This document shows positions 37,446 through 47,625 of a DNA stretch of 64,000 nucleotides, one piece after another. The number at the start of each line of letters is the position of its first letter. Position 1 is the first letter of the stretch. The position numbers were made by a program, and so were the translations under genes. The DNA is taken from positions 1,915 to 65,914 of the forward strand of contig JBBTSV010000001.1 in assembly GCA_038064595.1 (NCBI GenBank), written 5' to 3'. A model generated the notes under the pieces. That model was not told the origin of the DNA. It did no database searches and saw only the letters and a list, made by a program, of their open reading frames with translations. Source of the DNA: Patescibacteria group bacterium (GTDB lineage: Bacteria; Patescibacteriota; Minisyncoccia; Phycocordibacterales; Phycocordibacteraceae).

Positions 37446-39248
37446 ATGGAAATTCGTAATATCGCGATTATCGCGCACGTCGACCACGGTAAGACCGCGC
37501 TCACTGACGCTATCTTGAAGCAGACCGGTGCGGCCCAAGAGGGGACGACGATGGACTCTAACGCGCTCGAGCTCGAGCGCGGCATCACTATTTATGCCAA
37601 GAACGCCGCGGTTGAGTATAAGGGTACCAAGATCAACATCGTCGACACCCCGGGCCACGCCGACTTCGGCAGTGAGGTCGAGCGCGTCCTACGCTCCATT
37701 GACTCGGTCTTGCTCGTCGTCGACGCCCAGGAGGGGCCGATGCCGCAGACCCGCTTTGTGCTCAAGAAGTCCCTGGAGCTCGGCCTCAAGCCCATCGTTG
37801 TTTTGAATAAAATCGATAAGCCCGCGGCCGACGCGGCGCGCGCCCACGACCAGGTCCTCGAGCTCTTTATGGAGCTCGGGGCCTCTGACGCGCAGTGTGA
37901 CTTCCCGGTGATCTACTCTATTGGTCGTGAGGGGCGCGCCGCGACAAGCGTCGACGCGCTTAAGAACAGCACCCCCGAGGGCAAGGATCTCACCCCGCTC
38001 CTCGATTTGATACTAGAAAAAGTCCCGCCCGCAAATGCAACTGCCGATGCTTCAGCGCCGCTGATGCTCCAACCCTTTAACCTTGCCTATGACAACTTCA
38101 TGGGGCGGCTCGCGGTGGGTCGCATCTACGAGGGCACCGTGCGCCCCAACCAGCAGGTCTTTATCAAGAAGCCAGACGGCACGACGCGCACCGGCCGCAC
38201 CACCAAGGTCTTCACCTTCAAGGGGCTCGAGCGCGTCGAGGCCACTGAAGCAGCTGCGGGCGACATCGCGCTTATCGCCGGTCTCCCCGACATCTACATC
38301 GGTGAGACGGTCACCACCAACGAGAGCGCCGCGCCCCTGCCGGCTATTGCGGTCGATGAGCCGACGATTGCGCTCAACTTCTTGGTCAATAATTCACCCT
38401 TTGCGGGTAAAGAAGGGAAGTATGTCACGAGCCGCCAGATCCGCGAGCGACTCGCTCGCGAGCTCGAGGTCAACGTGGGGCTCAAGGTCGACTTCGATAA
38501 GACCGAAGTCTTCCATGTCTCGGGGCGCGGTGAGCTCCATATCGCGGTCCTCTTGGAGAACATGCGCCGCGAGGGCTATGAGCTCCAGGTCTCACAGCCG
38601 CAGGTCATCATCCGCGAGGAGAATGGGGTGAAGCTCGAGCCGTTTGAAGAGGTGATTATCGACACACCGTCAGAGTTTCAAGGCGCGATTATCGAGAAGC
38701 TTGGGCAGAGGGCCTTTGTGCTCCAGAACCTGGAGCAGCATGAGAACACCGTGCGCCTCACCCTCAACGGCCCCACCCGCGGACTCCTCGGCTATCGCAA
38801 CATTTTTATTATTGATACCAAAGGCGAGGGCATCCTCTCCTCTCGCGTACTCGGCTTCCAGCCGTATGCGGGAGAGATTAAGAAGCGGCAGGTGGGCTCG
38901 ATGATCTCGATGGCGACCGGCAAAGCGCTCGGCTACTCGCTCTGGTATCTCCAAGACCGTGGTCAGCTCTACATCAAGCCCGCGACGGAGGTGTATGAGG
39001 GCATGGTGATCGGCAACACCAGTAAGGGCGAGGAGATGATGGCCAACCCGACTAAGGGCAAGGCACAGTCCAACGTCCGCTCCTCGGGGATGGACGAGGC
39101 GCTCACGCTGGTGCCTATTTTCGACCTCTCGATTGAGCGCGGGATGGAGATCATGACCGAGGATGAGTATCTTGAAATAACGCCCACATCAGTCCGTCTG
39201 CGCAAACAATTCCTCACCGAGAACGACCGCGCCAAAGCGCGCCGGTAA
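37446..39248 (+). CDS. typA: translational GTPase TypA/BipA
   Basis: [29 protein letters not shown]...ENMRREG, C-terminal LEITP..VRLRK. Confidence 0.97.
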   Translation: MEIRNIAIIAHVDHGKTALTDAILKQTGAAQEGTTMDSNALELERGITIYAKNAAVEYKGTKINIVDTPGHADFGSEVERVLRSIDSVLLVVDAQEGPMPQTRFVLKKSLELGLKPIVVLNKIDKPAADAARAHDQVLELFMELGASDAQCDFPVIYSIGREGRAATSVDALKNSTPEGKDLTPLLDLILEKVPPANATADASAPLMLQPFNLAYDNFMGRLAVGRIYEGTVRPNQQVFIKKPDGTTRTGRTTKVFTFKGLERVEATEAAAGDIALIAGLPDIYIGETVTTNESAAPLPAIAVDEPTIALNFLVNNSPFAGKEGKYVTSRQIRERLARELEVNVGLKVDFDKTEVFHVSGRGELHIAVLLENMRREGYELQVSQPQVIIREENGVKLEPFEEVIIDTPSEFQGAIIEKLGQRAFVLQNLEQHENTVRLTLNGPTRGLLGYRNIFIIDTKGEGILSSRVLGFQPYAGEIKKRQVGSMISMATGKALGYSLWYLQDRGQLYIKPATEVYEGMVIGNTSKGEEMMANPTKGKAQSNVRSSGMDEALTLVPIFDLSIERGMEIMTEDEYLEITPTSVRLRKQFLTENDRAKARR

Positions 39249-39253
39249 ATAGC

Positions 39254-39289
39254 AAACACAACAGCCGCGATTACGCGGCTGTTGTGTTT
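39254..39289. terminator. bidirectional terminator between typA and ssrA
   Basis: AAACACAACAGCCGCG-ATTA-CGCGGCTGTTGTGTTT. Confidence 0.8.
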
Positions 39290-39296
39290 AAGATTG

Positions 39297-39702
39297 TGGA
39301 GGTGTCGAGAGTCGAACTCGAGTCCGATTCTGGCCATGAGAGCGCTTCTACGACGCATAGTCACCGTTATCTTTAAGATAGGATGCGAGGAACGGAGACG
39401 AAACCATTCCTACCCGATCCCTTATTTAGACGCAGCGGGCGGGAAGTCCGCGCGTCGATTCTACAGATGATTCCACCTCACTCTCCGACTGTAGAAACTC
39501 AGGGGAGTGAAATGTCGCGAGGCGAGAGGCCGTTAGGCGACCGCGTACGCGAACGTAAAGTCCTTACTACCGAAGTAGGGAGACTTTACGCTTGCAAGAG
39601 TGTTCTTGGCAAGTTTGGTTGCTCGTTAGATTAGAGTGATAGCCGAGCGTGCACTGCGTCGCACGTCTTTCAAGGTACAGACCGTCAAAGCCGGTCACCC
39701 CC
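39297..39702 (-). ncRNA. ssrA: tmRNA
   Basis: 5' GGGGGTG pairs with 3' CACCTCC-A (G3:U), T arm TTCGACT, tag ORF AKNTLASVKSPYFGSKDFTFAYAVA*; near smpB. Confidence 0.93.
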
Positions 39703-39760
39703 CTAAAACATACCTTCGGTATGTTCGGGCGAACATTTCGTCAGACGAAATGTTTTAGCC
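39701..39760. repeat. double-hairpin element, copy 1
   Basis: CCCTAAA-hairpin-TCGGGCGAACATT-hairpin-AATGTTTTAGCC; related inverted copy at 44319-44381. Confidence 0.8.
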
Positions 39761-40042
39761 AGAGAACGCATCTTTTTCTTTCGATGTGTTCTTTAGCCAT
39801 TCTAGCAATATCTTCTTTTTCGTGCGCGCTCCCCAAAGACTCTTGAGGAAGCGTTCACGATTGAAGGCGTCTGCGGTCAGCTCAAACTGTTCCGTATGGA
39901 TGAGCTCGAGAGGTCTGCGATTTACGGTCGCCTCGACCTGTCCACTGTGATGACGCTTCAATCTTTTCTCGATATCGCTAGTGCACCCGACGTACAGTTT
40001 CTTGTCCTTTTTGCTATAGAGGACGTACACCATGTAAGCCAT
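39755..40042 (-). CDS. small GIY-YIG nuclease family protein
   Basis: YMVYVL...LYVGCT.D...RL..H, RPLEL, RERFLKS. Confidence 0.9.
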   Translation of the reverse strand: MAYMVYVLYSKKDKKLYVGCTSDIEKRLKRHHSGQVEATVNRRPLELIHTEQFELTADAFNRERFLKSLWGARTKKKILLEWLKNTSKEKDAFSG

Positions 40043-40062
40043 GCTCTAGGGGATTGATCGAA

Positions 40063-40506
40063 CTATCTATTTTTCAAAACGCGTCCCGTTTCGCGCGCGG
40101 CGTCGCGCTTCTTGAGATCTTCGCGACGATCGCTCTTGCCTTTGCCGCGGACGATAGCGATGCGCGCCTTCACGAGATTCTTACTAGTATATACCTCAAG
40201 TGGGATTATTGTCAAGCCCTTCTTCTCCTCCTCCACAGCCAGTGTGGCGATCTCGCGCTTAGACAAGAGGAGACGACGCGGGCGCTCAGGGTCATAGCTC
40301 TTGCTCGTATTCGCCGGCTGGTATGGCGGGATCGTCATCCCCGTGATATACGCCTCGCCCCCGCGCACCACTACCCGCGCCCCTTCTAGAGAGCCGAGCT
40401 TAGCCCGCAGCGATTTCACTTCGGTGCCCAAGAGCTCGAGTCCCGCCGAGAAAGTTTCGAGCGGGGAGAAGCGTAGTAGGGCCTTCTTATATTCGACGAG
40501 AGTCAT
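40063..40506 (-). CDS. smpB: SsrA-binding protein
   Basis: AGLELLGTEVKSLR, RPRRLLL.K.EI, TIIPL, GK...DRRE. Confidence 0.95.
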   Translation of the reverse strand: MTLVEYKKALLRFSPLETFSAGLELLGTEVKSLRAKLGSLEGARVVVRGGEAYITGMTIPPYQPANTSKSYDPERPRRLLLSKREIATLAVEEEKKGLTIIPLEVYTSKNLVKARIAIVRGKGKSDRREDLKKRDAARETGRVLKNR

Positions 40507-40513
40507 GCGTTCC

Positions 40514-40521
40514 AGTATACT
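40514..40521. promoter_or_regulatory. palindromic bidirectional -10 element (AGTATACT) for smpB and ftsH
   Basis: TATACT on both strands, 7 and 6 nt from the two ATGs in a 21-bp gap. Confidence 0.65.
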
Positions 40522-40527
40522 CGTTTT

Positions 40528-42465
40528 ATGGCACCCGTCTCTCCGAAGAAGCCAAAAGGGAAGAAGCAGCCCAGCAAGGGCGGCTGGCGCGCGCCCTTTG
40601 GCGGGAACTCCTTCTTCGGTAATTTGTTCTCCACCATCCTCATCTTCTTCCTCATCATGAGCGGGTACTCGCTCGTTGAAAGCCTGTTCGAGCCAAGTGT
40701 CGAGATCCCGCTCTCGGTGGTCGCGGCTGATGTCGGGGAAGGGAAGGTGAAGGCCATCACCATAAGTGGCGACTCACTCAAACTCGTTTACACCGATGAT
40801 TCGATTAAGATCTCGCGTAAAGACCCCTCGGCCGGTCTCCTCGAAACCCTCTCAACATACGGTGTGACTCCTGAGGGGCTCGCCAAGGTGGCGATTACTA
40901 TCCAGGGAGAGTCGGGATTCCAGTTCTGGGTTCTCACTCTTGCGCCAATCCTTATCCCGATTCTCTTTCTCGCATTTCTCTTCTGGTTCCTCTCTCGCCA
41001 GGTGAAGGGGGCGGGGATGCAGGCCTTCACCTTCGGTCAGTCGAAGGCGCGGGTCATCGATCCGGCTGATGTGACCCAGCGTGTTACCTTTGCCGATGTT
41101 GCGGGCGCCCGCGAGGCAAAGGAGGAGCTTTTAGAGATTGTCGACTTCCTCAAAAGCCCCAAGAAGTTCCTCGATATCGGCGCGCGGATCCCCAAGGGAA
41201 TTATCCTCATGGGCGCGCCGGGGACCGGCAAGACCCTGCTTGCGCGCGCGGTCGCGGGTGAGGCTGGGGTCCCGTTCTTCTCGATCTCGGGCTCTGAGTT
41301 TGTCGAGATGTTTGTTGGCGTGGGCGCCTCGAGAGTGCGCGATCTCTTCCAGCTCGCTAAGAAGGCGGCGCCTGCGATTATCTTCGTCGATGAGATCGAC
41401 GCGGTGGGGCGCGTGCGCGGCACCGGAGTGGGTGGCGGCAACGACGAACGCGAGCAGACTCTGAACCAGATCTTGGTGGAGATGGACGGCTTTGAGCCTA
41501 CCGAGAAGGTAGTGGTGATGGCGGCGACTAACCGGCCCGACGTCCTCGACCCGGCCCTCCTTCGCCCCGGGCGCTTTGACCGTCGCGTGACGATTGACCT
41601 CCCTGATCGGCGTGATCGCGAGGATATTCTCAAGATCCATGCGCGCGCGAAGCCGCTCGGCCCCGATGTCGCGCTCGCGGTTATTGCCGAGCGTACGCCG
41701 GGCTTCTCGGGCGCCGAGCTGTACTCACTCATGAATGAAGGCGCGATTCTTGCCGCGCGCGAGAATCGCAAAGAGGTCACCCAATATGATTTGATTCGTT
41801 CCATCGAGAAGGTGATGCTCGGCCCAGAGCGCAAATCGCATTTGCTTAGTAAAAAAGAAAAAGAGCTCACCGCCTACCACGAGGCGGGACACGCGCTTGT
41901 CTCTTCAGTCTTGCCGAATGCCGACCCGGTGCACAAAATTTCTATCATTAGTCGTGGTCGCGCCGCGGGCTACACGCTGAAGCTCCCCTTTGAAGACCGC
42001 AAGATGCAGTCTAAGAAACAATTTCTCGATGATATCGCGGCGACGCTCGGCGGCTACGTCGCAGAAGAGATGCTCTTTGACGACGTGACCACGGGGCCCT
42101 CTAATGACCTGATGGTGATTACCGCGCTCGCGCGTGAGATGGTGACGCGCTACGGCATGAGCGATAAGCTGGGGCCCGTCGCCTTCGGCGAGCGCTCCTT
42201 GGGCAACGAGCCCTACTCCGAGCACGTCGCCGCTCAGATCGACGCAGAGGTCACACGGATTATCGAGGAGGCCAAGGCACGCGCTAAGCAGGTGATTACC
42301 GATCACCGCGCTGCGCTCGACGCGATCGCCAAGGAGCTGACCGAGAAGGAGACGGTGGAGCGCGCTGAATTCGAGAAGATCCTCATCGCCAACGGCATCA
42401 CGCCCAAGAAGAGTGAAGAGGAAGGCATCGTCATCGCGCCCGCCCCTACAGGAGACATTGCATAA
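40528..42465 (+). CDS. ftsH: ATP-dependent zinc metalloprotease FtsH
   Basis: 2 TM helices, [15 protein letters not shown] motif [25 protein letters not shown]. Confidence 0.98.
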   Translation: MAPVSPKKPKGKKQPSKGGWRAPFGGNSFFGNLFSTILIFFLIMSGYSLVESLFEPSVEIPLSVVAADVGEGKVKAITISGDSLKLVYTDDSIKISRKDPSAGLLETLSTYGVTPEGLAKVAITIQGESGFQFWVLTLAPILIPILFLAFLFWFLSRQVKGAGMQAFTFGQSKARVIDPADVTQRVTFADVAGAREAKEELLEIVDFLKSPKKFLDIGARIPKGIILMGAPGTGKTLLARAVAGEAGVPFFSISGSEFVEMFVGVGASRVRDLFQLAKKAAPAIIFVDEIDAVGRVRGTGVGGGNDEREQTLNQILVEMDGFEPTEKVVVMAATNRPDVLDPALLRPGRFDRRVTIDLPDRRDREDILKIHARAKPLGPDVALAVIAERTPGFSGAELYSLMNEGAILAARENRKEVTQYDLIRSIEKVMLGPERKSHLLSKKEKELTAYHEAGHALVSSVLPNADPVHKISIISRGRAAGYTLKLPFEDRKMQSKKQFLDDIAATLGGYVAEEMLFDDVTTGPSNDLMVITALAREMVTRYGMSDKLGPVAFGERSLGNEPYSEHVAAQIDAEVTRIIEEAKARAKQVITDHRAALDAIAKELTEKETVERAEFEKILIANGITPKKSEEEGIVIAPAPTGDIA

Positions 42466-42472
42466 TTTTTAG

Positions 42473-42545
42473 TCCGCCCCCCTGGACTCGAACCAGGAAC
42501 CGCAGAGGTATAAGCTCTGTGCTCTAACCATTGAGCTAGGGGCGG
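42473..42545 (-). tRNA. tRNA-Ile(TAT)
   Basis: CCGCCCC/GGGGCGG acceptor, CAGAG-CTTATAC-CTCTG anticodon arm, CCTGG-TTCGAGT-CCAGG, discriminator A. Confidence 0.9.
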
Positions 42546-42569
42546 ATACTTCTGTACTCTAACGCACGA

Positions 42570-44786
42570 CTACTCCAAATGCATCTGCCGGTCGGCGGTG
42601 TGGGCGCGAGAGGCGAGGGCGGGGTGCATTGTTAAATCGGGGTCATCCGCGACGAGCGCGGCCGCCTCCAGCTTAGCCGCTTCGACGAGCTTAATATTTT
42701 TGAGCGCCTCCATCGCGATATCTGAGACGCCCCACTGGCGGCCGCCGACGAGTTCTCCGGCGCCACGGAGCGCGAGATCATACTCGGCGAGCTCAAAGCC
42801 GTTCTTAGCATTCTTAAACGCTTTCATCCGCTCGCGCGTGGTCTCACCCGCGCTCTCGGGGAGCGCGAAGCAGTACGACTGATGTGTGGAGCGGATCACG
42901 CGGCCGCGCAGCTGGTGGAGCTGCGAGAGGCCGAAGCGCTCGGCACCTTCGATGAGAATCACCGTTGCATTGGGCACATTCACCCCCACCTCCACCACCG
43001 AGGTGGCGACGAGAATGTGGGTATCGCCATCTTCAAACGCTTTCATCGTCGCCTCCTTCTCTGCCGGTGTCATCTTACTGTGGAGGATGTCGATCGTCGC
43101 TTCAGGGAACACTCCTTTGGCGAGCCGCGCTGCCTCGGCCTTGACCGACTTAGCCTGAAGCGCGAGCTCCTTGGCTGGGTCTGGCTCGTCGATGCGCGGA
43201 CAGATCACGTATGCCTGGTGACCTGCCGCGAGCTCCTGCCGTACGCGCGTGTAGGCGGCTTCGCGCTCCTTGGGAGAAAGCACCTCTGTGATCACGCGCT
43301 TGCGCCCTGCCGGCATCTCGTCAAGGAGCGTGAGGTCGAGATCGCCATAGAGCGTGAGAGCGAGGGTACGCGGGATCGGCGTTGCGGTCATCGAGAGCAG
43401 GTGGGGCGCGATCGCTCCCTTGGTCGCGAGCTTCTGCCGGTGTCCAGTGCCAAAGCGATGCTGTTCGTCGATGATGGCATAGGCAAAATATTTAAACGAG
43501 AGCGACTTTTCGATGATCGCGTGCGTGCCGATAACGATAGGGATCTCACCGTTGCCCACCATTTTCTTAAACGCGGGCTTGGAGAGCTTGGCCGATTCCT
43601 CATAACGCACCTTCGACGGGAACTTGCGGCACTCGCTCCCCATGATGAGCCCGATCGGGATCGGATGATCTCTGAAATACGAGACGAAGGTCGAGAAATG
43701 CTGCTTTGCGAGGATCTCGGTGGGGCACAGATAGGCGACTTGCAGGGTGCCGGCGATGCGGCCCTTTGGGAGCGAGGTGGCGACGAGGTACGCGGTCGCG
43801 GCAGCGACCGCGGTCTTGCCGCTGCCCACATCGCCCTCAAGGAGGCGGAGCATCGGGTGCGACTTCTCGAAGTCCGCGACGATACTGTCGATCGCGCGCA
43901 GCTGCGCGCCTGTTGCCGGGAAGGGAAATGAGGCGATAAAGTTCTTAAGCTTCTCGCGATCGACCGCCACCGGCAGTGCCTCCTCGCGGAGCTGGAGGGT
44001 GCGGCGCTGCTGCATCACGATCTGGAGCGCGAACACTTCTTCAAAGGCGAAGCGCTTACGTGCCGCGTCGGCATCACTCTTTTTCTGCGGTGCATGGATA
44101 AAGACGAGCGCGGCAGCGAGTGAAGGGAGCTTGTAGCGCGTAAGGATCAGGGAGGGTATCGGATCCTCGATTTTCTCATGCACACCAGACTCAAATACCT
44201 TCTTCATCGCATGAAAGAACCAGAGCGATGAGACGCCCATGCTCTCGGGGTACACCGGCGTGAGCGTCTCGTCCACAGGCACGTTTCTTTCGCTAAATAA
44301 ATTTGGGTGAACTGTCTCGGCTAAAACATTCTGCGAAGCAGAATGTTCGCCCGACCCGCCGCGTAGCGGCGGGTTTAGGGGCGACTTATCGATTTCTGGG
44401 TTGGCGAGATAGATCTTTACCCCGCTCCCCGCCACCTTCCCCCTCACTTTCACCACCATCCCGTCGTGCAGCGACTTCGCTATGTACGGTTGGCTAAACC
44501 ATATCATCTTTATCTTTCCCGAGGCATCCTCAAGCCACGCCTCAGCGATAGGGCGTCGACTCTTCCAGGTCTTCCTAATATCCGGCTTACGCACCGTGCC
44601 GTAGAGGGTGACCTCGGCCCCGGCTGCAACCCCTGCTATTGTCCCGAGCGATCCCGCCTGTTCATAGCGGGCAGGGAAGTGGTAGAGGAGATCACGAATA
44701 GATCGAATCTTGAGCTTGGTGAGTGCACTCCTCTGCTCCGGACGGAGCCGGGTGAAATGCTTCTCCAAGGGGTCGGTGGCGTTCAC
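42570..44786 (-). CDS. recG: ATP-dependent DNA helicase RecG
   Basis: RLLEGDVGSGKT, DEQHRFG, MTATPIPRTL, QLHQLRGRV; GTG start 6 nt after TATACT. Confidence 0.96.
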   Translation of the reverse strand: MNATDPLEKHFTRLRPEQRSALTKLKIRSIRDLLYHFPARYEQAGSLGTIAGVAAGAEVTLYGTVRKPDIRKTWKSRRPIAEAWLEDASGKIKMIWFSQPYIAKSLHDGMVVKVRGKVAGSGVKIYLANPEIDKSPLNPPLRGGSGEHSASQNVLAETVHPNLFSERNVPVDETLTPVYPESMGVSSLWFFHAMKKVFESGVHEKIEDPIPSLILTRYKLPSLAAALVFIHAPQKKSDADAARKRFAFEEVFALQIVMQQRRTLQLREEALPVAVDREKLKNFIASFPFPATGAQLRAIDSIVADFEKSHPMLRLLEGDVGSGKTAVAAATAYLVATSLPKGRIAGTLQVAYLCPTEILAKQHFSTFVSYFRDHPIPIGLIMGSECRKFPSKVRYEESAKLSKPAFKKMVGNGEIPIVIGTHAIIEKSLSFKYFAYAIIDEQHRFGTGHRQKLATKGAIAPHLLSMTATPIPRTLALTLYGDLDLTLLDEMPAGRKRVITEVLSPKEREAAYTRVRQELAAGHQAYVICPRIDEPDPAKELALQAKSVKAEAARLAKGVFPEATIDILHSKMTPAEKEATMKAFEDGDTHILVATSVVEVGVNVPNATVILIEGAERFGLSQLHQLRGRVIRSTHQSYCFALPESAGETTRERMKAFKNAKNGFELAEYDLALRGAGELVGGRQWGVSDIAMEALKNIKLVEAAKLEAAALVADDPDLTMHPALASRAHTADRQMHLE
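44319..44381. repeat. double-hairpin element, copy 2 (in frame in recG)
   Basis: 63 bp encoding PLNPPLRGGSGEHSASQNVLA; same scaffold as 39701-39760. Confidence 0.8.
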
Positions 44787-44839
44787 GCTTCTAGTATAGT
44801 CTGTTGTCAAAACTATTCACCACGGTATGATTACGGGAT

Positions 44840-45418
44840 ATGAACACATCAACAGTCAGAAGTTGGTTCACGTGGCCCGTGATCCTTGTCGGCGTTCTCA
44901 TCGTTCTCGCACTCTACGTGGGTGGAAAATATAACGGTCTCGTTCGTCAGGATGAAGGTGTCAGTACTGCATGGGCGCAGGTTGAGTCACAGTATCAGCG
45001 CCGCTTTGATCTCATCCCCAACCTCGTCTCGTCAGTCCAGGGAGCGATGGCGCAGGAGCAGAGCATCTTTATTGCGCTCGCTGAAGCGCGCACACGTTAT
45101 GCTGGCGCGTCGACTCCGGATGCGCGTGCCGCCGCAGCTAATCAGCTTGAGGGCTCGCTTGCGCGCCTTCTCGTCGTGATGGAGAATTACCCGCAGCTGA
45201 AATCAATTGATGCAGTGCAAGGACTCATGAGTGAGCTCGCCGGTACCGAGAATCGTGTCGCGGTGGAGCGGATGCGTTACAACGAAGCCGTGCGCGGCTA
45301 CAACGTGAGCGTGAAGACGTTCCCGGGCTCACTTGTCGCCGGCATGTTCGGCTTTGATCCACGGACGATGTTTGAGGCCAAGGAAGGCGCCGAGGACGCC
45401 CCGAAGGTTAACCTCTAA
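44840..45418 (+). CDS. lemA: LemA family protein
   Basis: YN.LV, W.QVE..YQRRFDLIPNLV, ENYPQLK, GTENR. Confidence 0.93.
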   Translation: MNTSTVRSWFTWPVILVGVLIVLALYVGGKYNGLVRQDEGVSTAWAQVESQYQRRFDLIPNLVSSVQGAMAQEQSIFIALAEARTRYAGASTPDARAAAANQLEGSLARLLVVMENYPQLKSIDAVQGLMSELAGTENRVAVERMRYNEAVRGYNVSVKTFPGSLVAGMFGFDPRTMFEAKEGAEDAPKVNL

Positions 45419-46297
45419 ATGAAAGCGCTCGCCACGGCGAGTATTCTCGGAGCCGCTCTTCTCTCCCTCGCCCCTATCGCTTTCGCCTATACCTCACCCG
45501 GCTCACCGAGCGGGTATGTGAACGACTTTGCGCGTGTTCTCAGTACCGAGGCAATACAGACGCTGAACGCAGAACTTACTGCATTTGAGCAAAGCACCTC
45601 TAACGAGATTACCGTGGTCACCGTGCCGAATATGGGCGGTGACTACATCGAGAATTATGCCGTGAAGCTTTTTGAAGAGTGGGGAGTGGGAAAAGAAGAT
45701 CGAGACAACGGTATCCTGCTCCTCCTCTCTATTGAGGAACGTGCGATGCGTATCGAGGTCGGCTACGGGCTTGAGGGCGCGCTCCCAGACTCTCTGGCAC
45801 AGCGCATCCTCGACAACGAGATGACGCCCAAACTTAAAGCGGGGGATTATGATGGCGCGGTCACGGCTGCCGCGACCGCGCTTGAGCAGGCCACAAAGGG
45901 GGAGTATACCGGCAAGAGTTCAGCGAGTGACTTCTTCACGAACCTCTCACTTGAGACCGTCTTTGTATTCCTTTTCCTCATACCGCAGTTTCTTGCAGCG
46001 ATCCTCGCACGAAGCAAGTCGTGGTGGGCAGGCGGGGTCGTGGGCGGCGCCGGCGGGCTCGGGATTGGGTGGCTACTCGCCCTCTCTCTGGTCTCACTGT
46101 TTGGACTGACGGTTGTCCTGGTGTTTCTCGGTATGCTTTTCGACTATTTCGTCTCGAAGGGATACAAGGATGCTAAAGCACGCGGTATGAACCCGCCCTG
46201 GTGGACGGGCGGCTCTCTGGGACGTTCAGGAGGTGGCGGCTTCGGAGGATTCGGCGGCGGATCAAGCGGCGGAGGAGGGGCATCGGGCAGATGGTGA
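45419..46297 (+). CDS. TPM-domain protein (YgcG-like)
   Basis: YVNDFA, WGVG...DNG.L, IEVGYGLEG, Gly-rich tail GGGASGRW. Confidence 0.92.
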   Translation: MKALATASILGAALLSLAPIAFAYTSPGSPSGYVNDFARVLSTEAIQTLNAELTAFEQSTSNEITVVTVPNMGGDYIENYAVKLFEEWGVGKEDRDNGILLLLSIEERAMRIEVGYGLEGALPDSLAQRILDNEMTPKLKAGDYDGAVTAAATALEQATKGEYTGKSSASDFFTNLSLETVFVFLFLIPQFLAAILARSKSWWAGGVVGGAGGLGIGWLLALSLVSLFGLTVVLVFLGMLFDYFVSKGYKDAKARGMNPPWWTGGSLGRSGGGGFGGFGGGSSGGGGASGRW

Positions 46298-46309
46298 TAT
46301 ATTTTCTCT

Positions 46310-47608
46310 ATGCGCAATGATCTCCTCTGGCTCGCCGCCTTTGCTGGATGCGTGAGCTCCATCACTATCTTTCTGATAGGAGGCGGAGCGTCGTCTCTTG
46401 ATCGCTCGCTCTCGTGGGTCTCGCGCGAGGCTGGGTCGGCGGCGGCTTTCTTTGTCACCAGTATCACCGCAACGCAGATTAAGAACGATTATCATAGCAA
46501 CACCACCGGTTCGGTTACCGACACACCACCGGCAAATGCCGCCGTCAGAAAGGTGGGAATCCTGATTGTCCCCGGGCACCAGCCCACGAGTGGCGGGACC
46601 GAGTTTAATGGTGTTTATGAGCGCAATGTCGTGGTCGACCTCGCCGAGGAGCTCGGAGCACTACTTGCGCAGAATCCACACTACAGCGTTATGGTGGCGC
46701 GTACCAAGGAGACGTGGCACCCCACGCTCCAAAATTACTTCGATACTCAAGCGGACGCTATCGAGACCTTCCGTCAGTCACTGCGAGAGCAGATGAAGGA
46801 CCATATCGCTGCGGGTACTATTCTCCCAGCCGCTGATCAGGTGTACCACAATAAAACCCCTTTAGAGGGGGCGCTGCAGCTCTACGGGATCAATAAGTGG
46901 GCAGGGGAGCAGGGCTACGACATCACGCTCCATCTCCACCTCAACGATGACGCCGAGCGCCGCGCACGCCGGGCGGGCGAGTACAGCGGCTTTGCGGTCT
47001 ACGTGCCGGATCGTCAATACTCAAATGCAGAGGCTTCAAAGGCGATCGGTGTCGCGCTTGCCGCCCGGCTCAATACCTTTCACGCGACAAGCACCCTTCC
47101 CAAAGAAGATCGGGGCGTGGTTGAAGACCAGCAGCTTATCGCCGTGGGCTCCAACAACAGCGCGAGCAGTGCGGCGCTTCTTATCGAGTATGGCTATATC
47201 TATGAGCCGCAGTTTCAAAATCGAGAGGTGCGCGCGATTGCTGTGCGGGACTATGCCTATCAAACGTATCTCGGGCTCCAGGATTTTTTCAACGACACCC
47301 CTTCGACTGCTCCCGGATCGCTCGCGTACCCCTACGACTGGAGTGAGGTAACCGCAAAGAAGGGAGAGAAAGGTGCCGATGTCTACGCGCTTCAGGCGGC
47401 GCTCCGTTCACTCGGCTTCTATCCACCCGCGGGGAAGAGCTTCTCTGATTGTCCAATCTCTGGGGTCGTGGGCGCTTGCACGCGGAGTGCGCTTGAAGCC
47501 TATCAGGCAGCACACGGCTTTGGGGTGACGGGCTTTGTGGGACCGGCGACCCGTGCGGCACTCACCGCCGAGGTGGGTGGCGCGCGGGATATTTTTAAAC
47601 CAATCTAA
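46310..47608 (+). CDS. N-acetylmuramoyl-L-alanine amidase (Amidase_3-like) with peptidoglycan-binding domain
   Basis: VPGH, E, LHLHLN, LIEYGY; C-terminal DV..LQ..L...G...G..GPATRAAL. Confidence 0.8.
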   Translation: MRNDLLWLAAFAGCVSSITIFLIGGGASSLDRSLSWVSREAGSAAAFFVTSITATQIKNDYHSNTTGSVTDTPPANAAVRKVGILIVPGHQPTSGGTEFNGVYERNVVVDLAEELGALLAQNPHYSVMVARTKETWHPTLQNYFDTQADAIETFRQSLREQMKDHIAAGTILPAADQVYHNKTPLEGALQLYGINKWAGEQGYDITLHLHLNDDAERRARRAGEYSGFAVYVPDRQYSNAEASKAIGVALAARLNTFHATSTLPKEDRGVVEDQQLIAVGSNNSASSAALLIEYGYIYEPQFQNREVRAIAVRDYAYQTYLGLQDFFNDTPSTAPGSLAYPYDWSEVTAKKGEKGADVYALQAALRSLGFYPPAGKSFSDCPISGVVGACTRSALEAYQAAHGFGVTGFVGPATRAALTAEVGGARDIFKPI

Positions 47609-47625
47609 CGATATACTGGTCCTCT

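Noticed and set aside
39282-39846. Short plus-strand ORFs
   Set aside because: Antisense to tmRNA and the GIY-YIG gene.
42882-43931. Long antisense ORFs (also opposite ftsH, ABC-F, lepA, pyrG)
   Set aside because: Shadow frames of GC-rich conserved genes with no family motifs.
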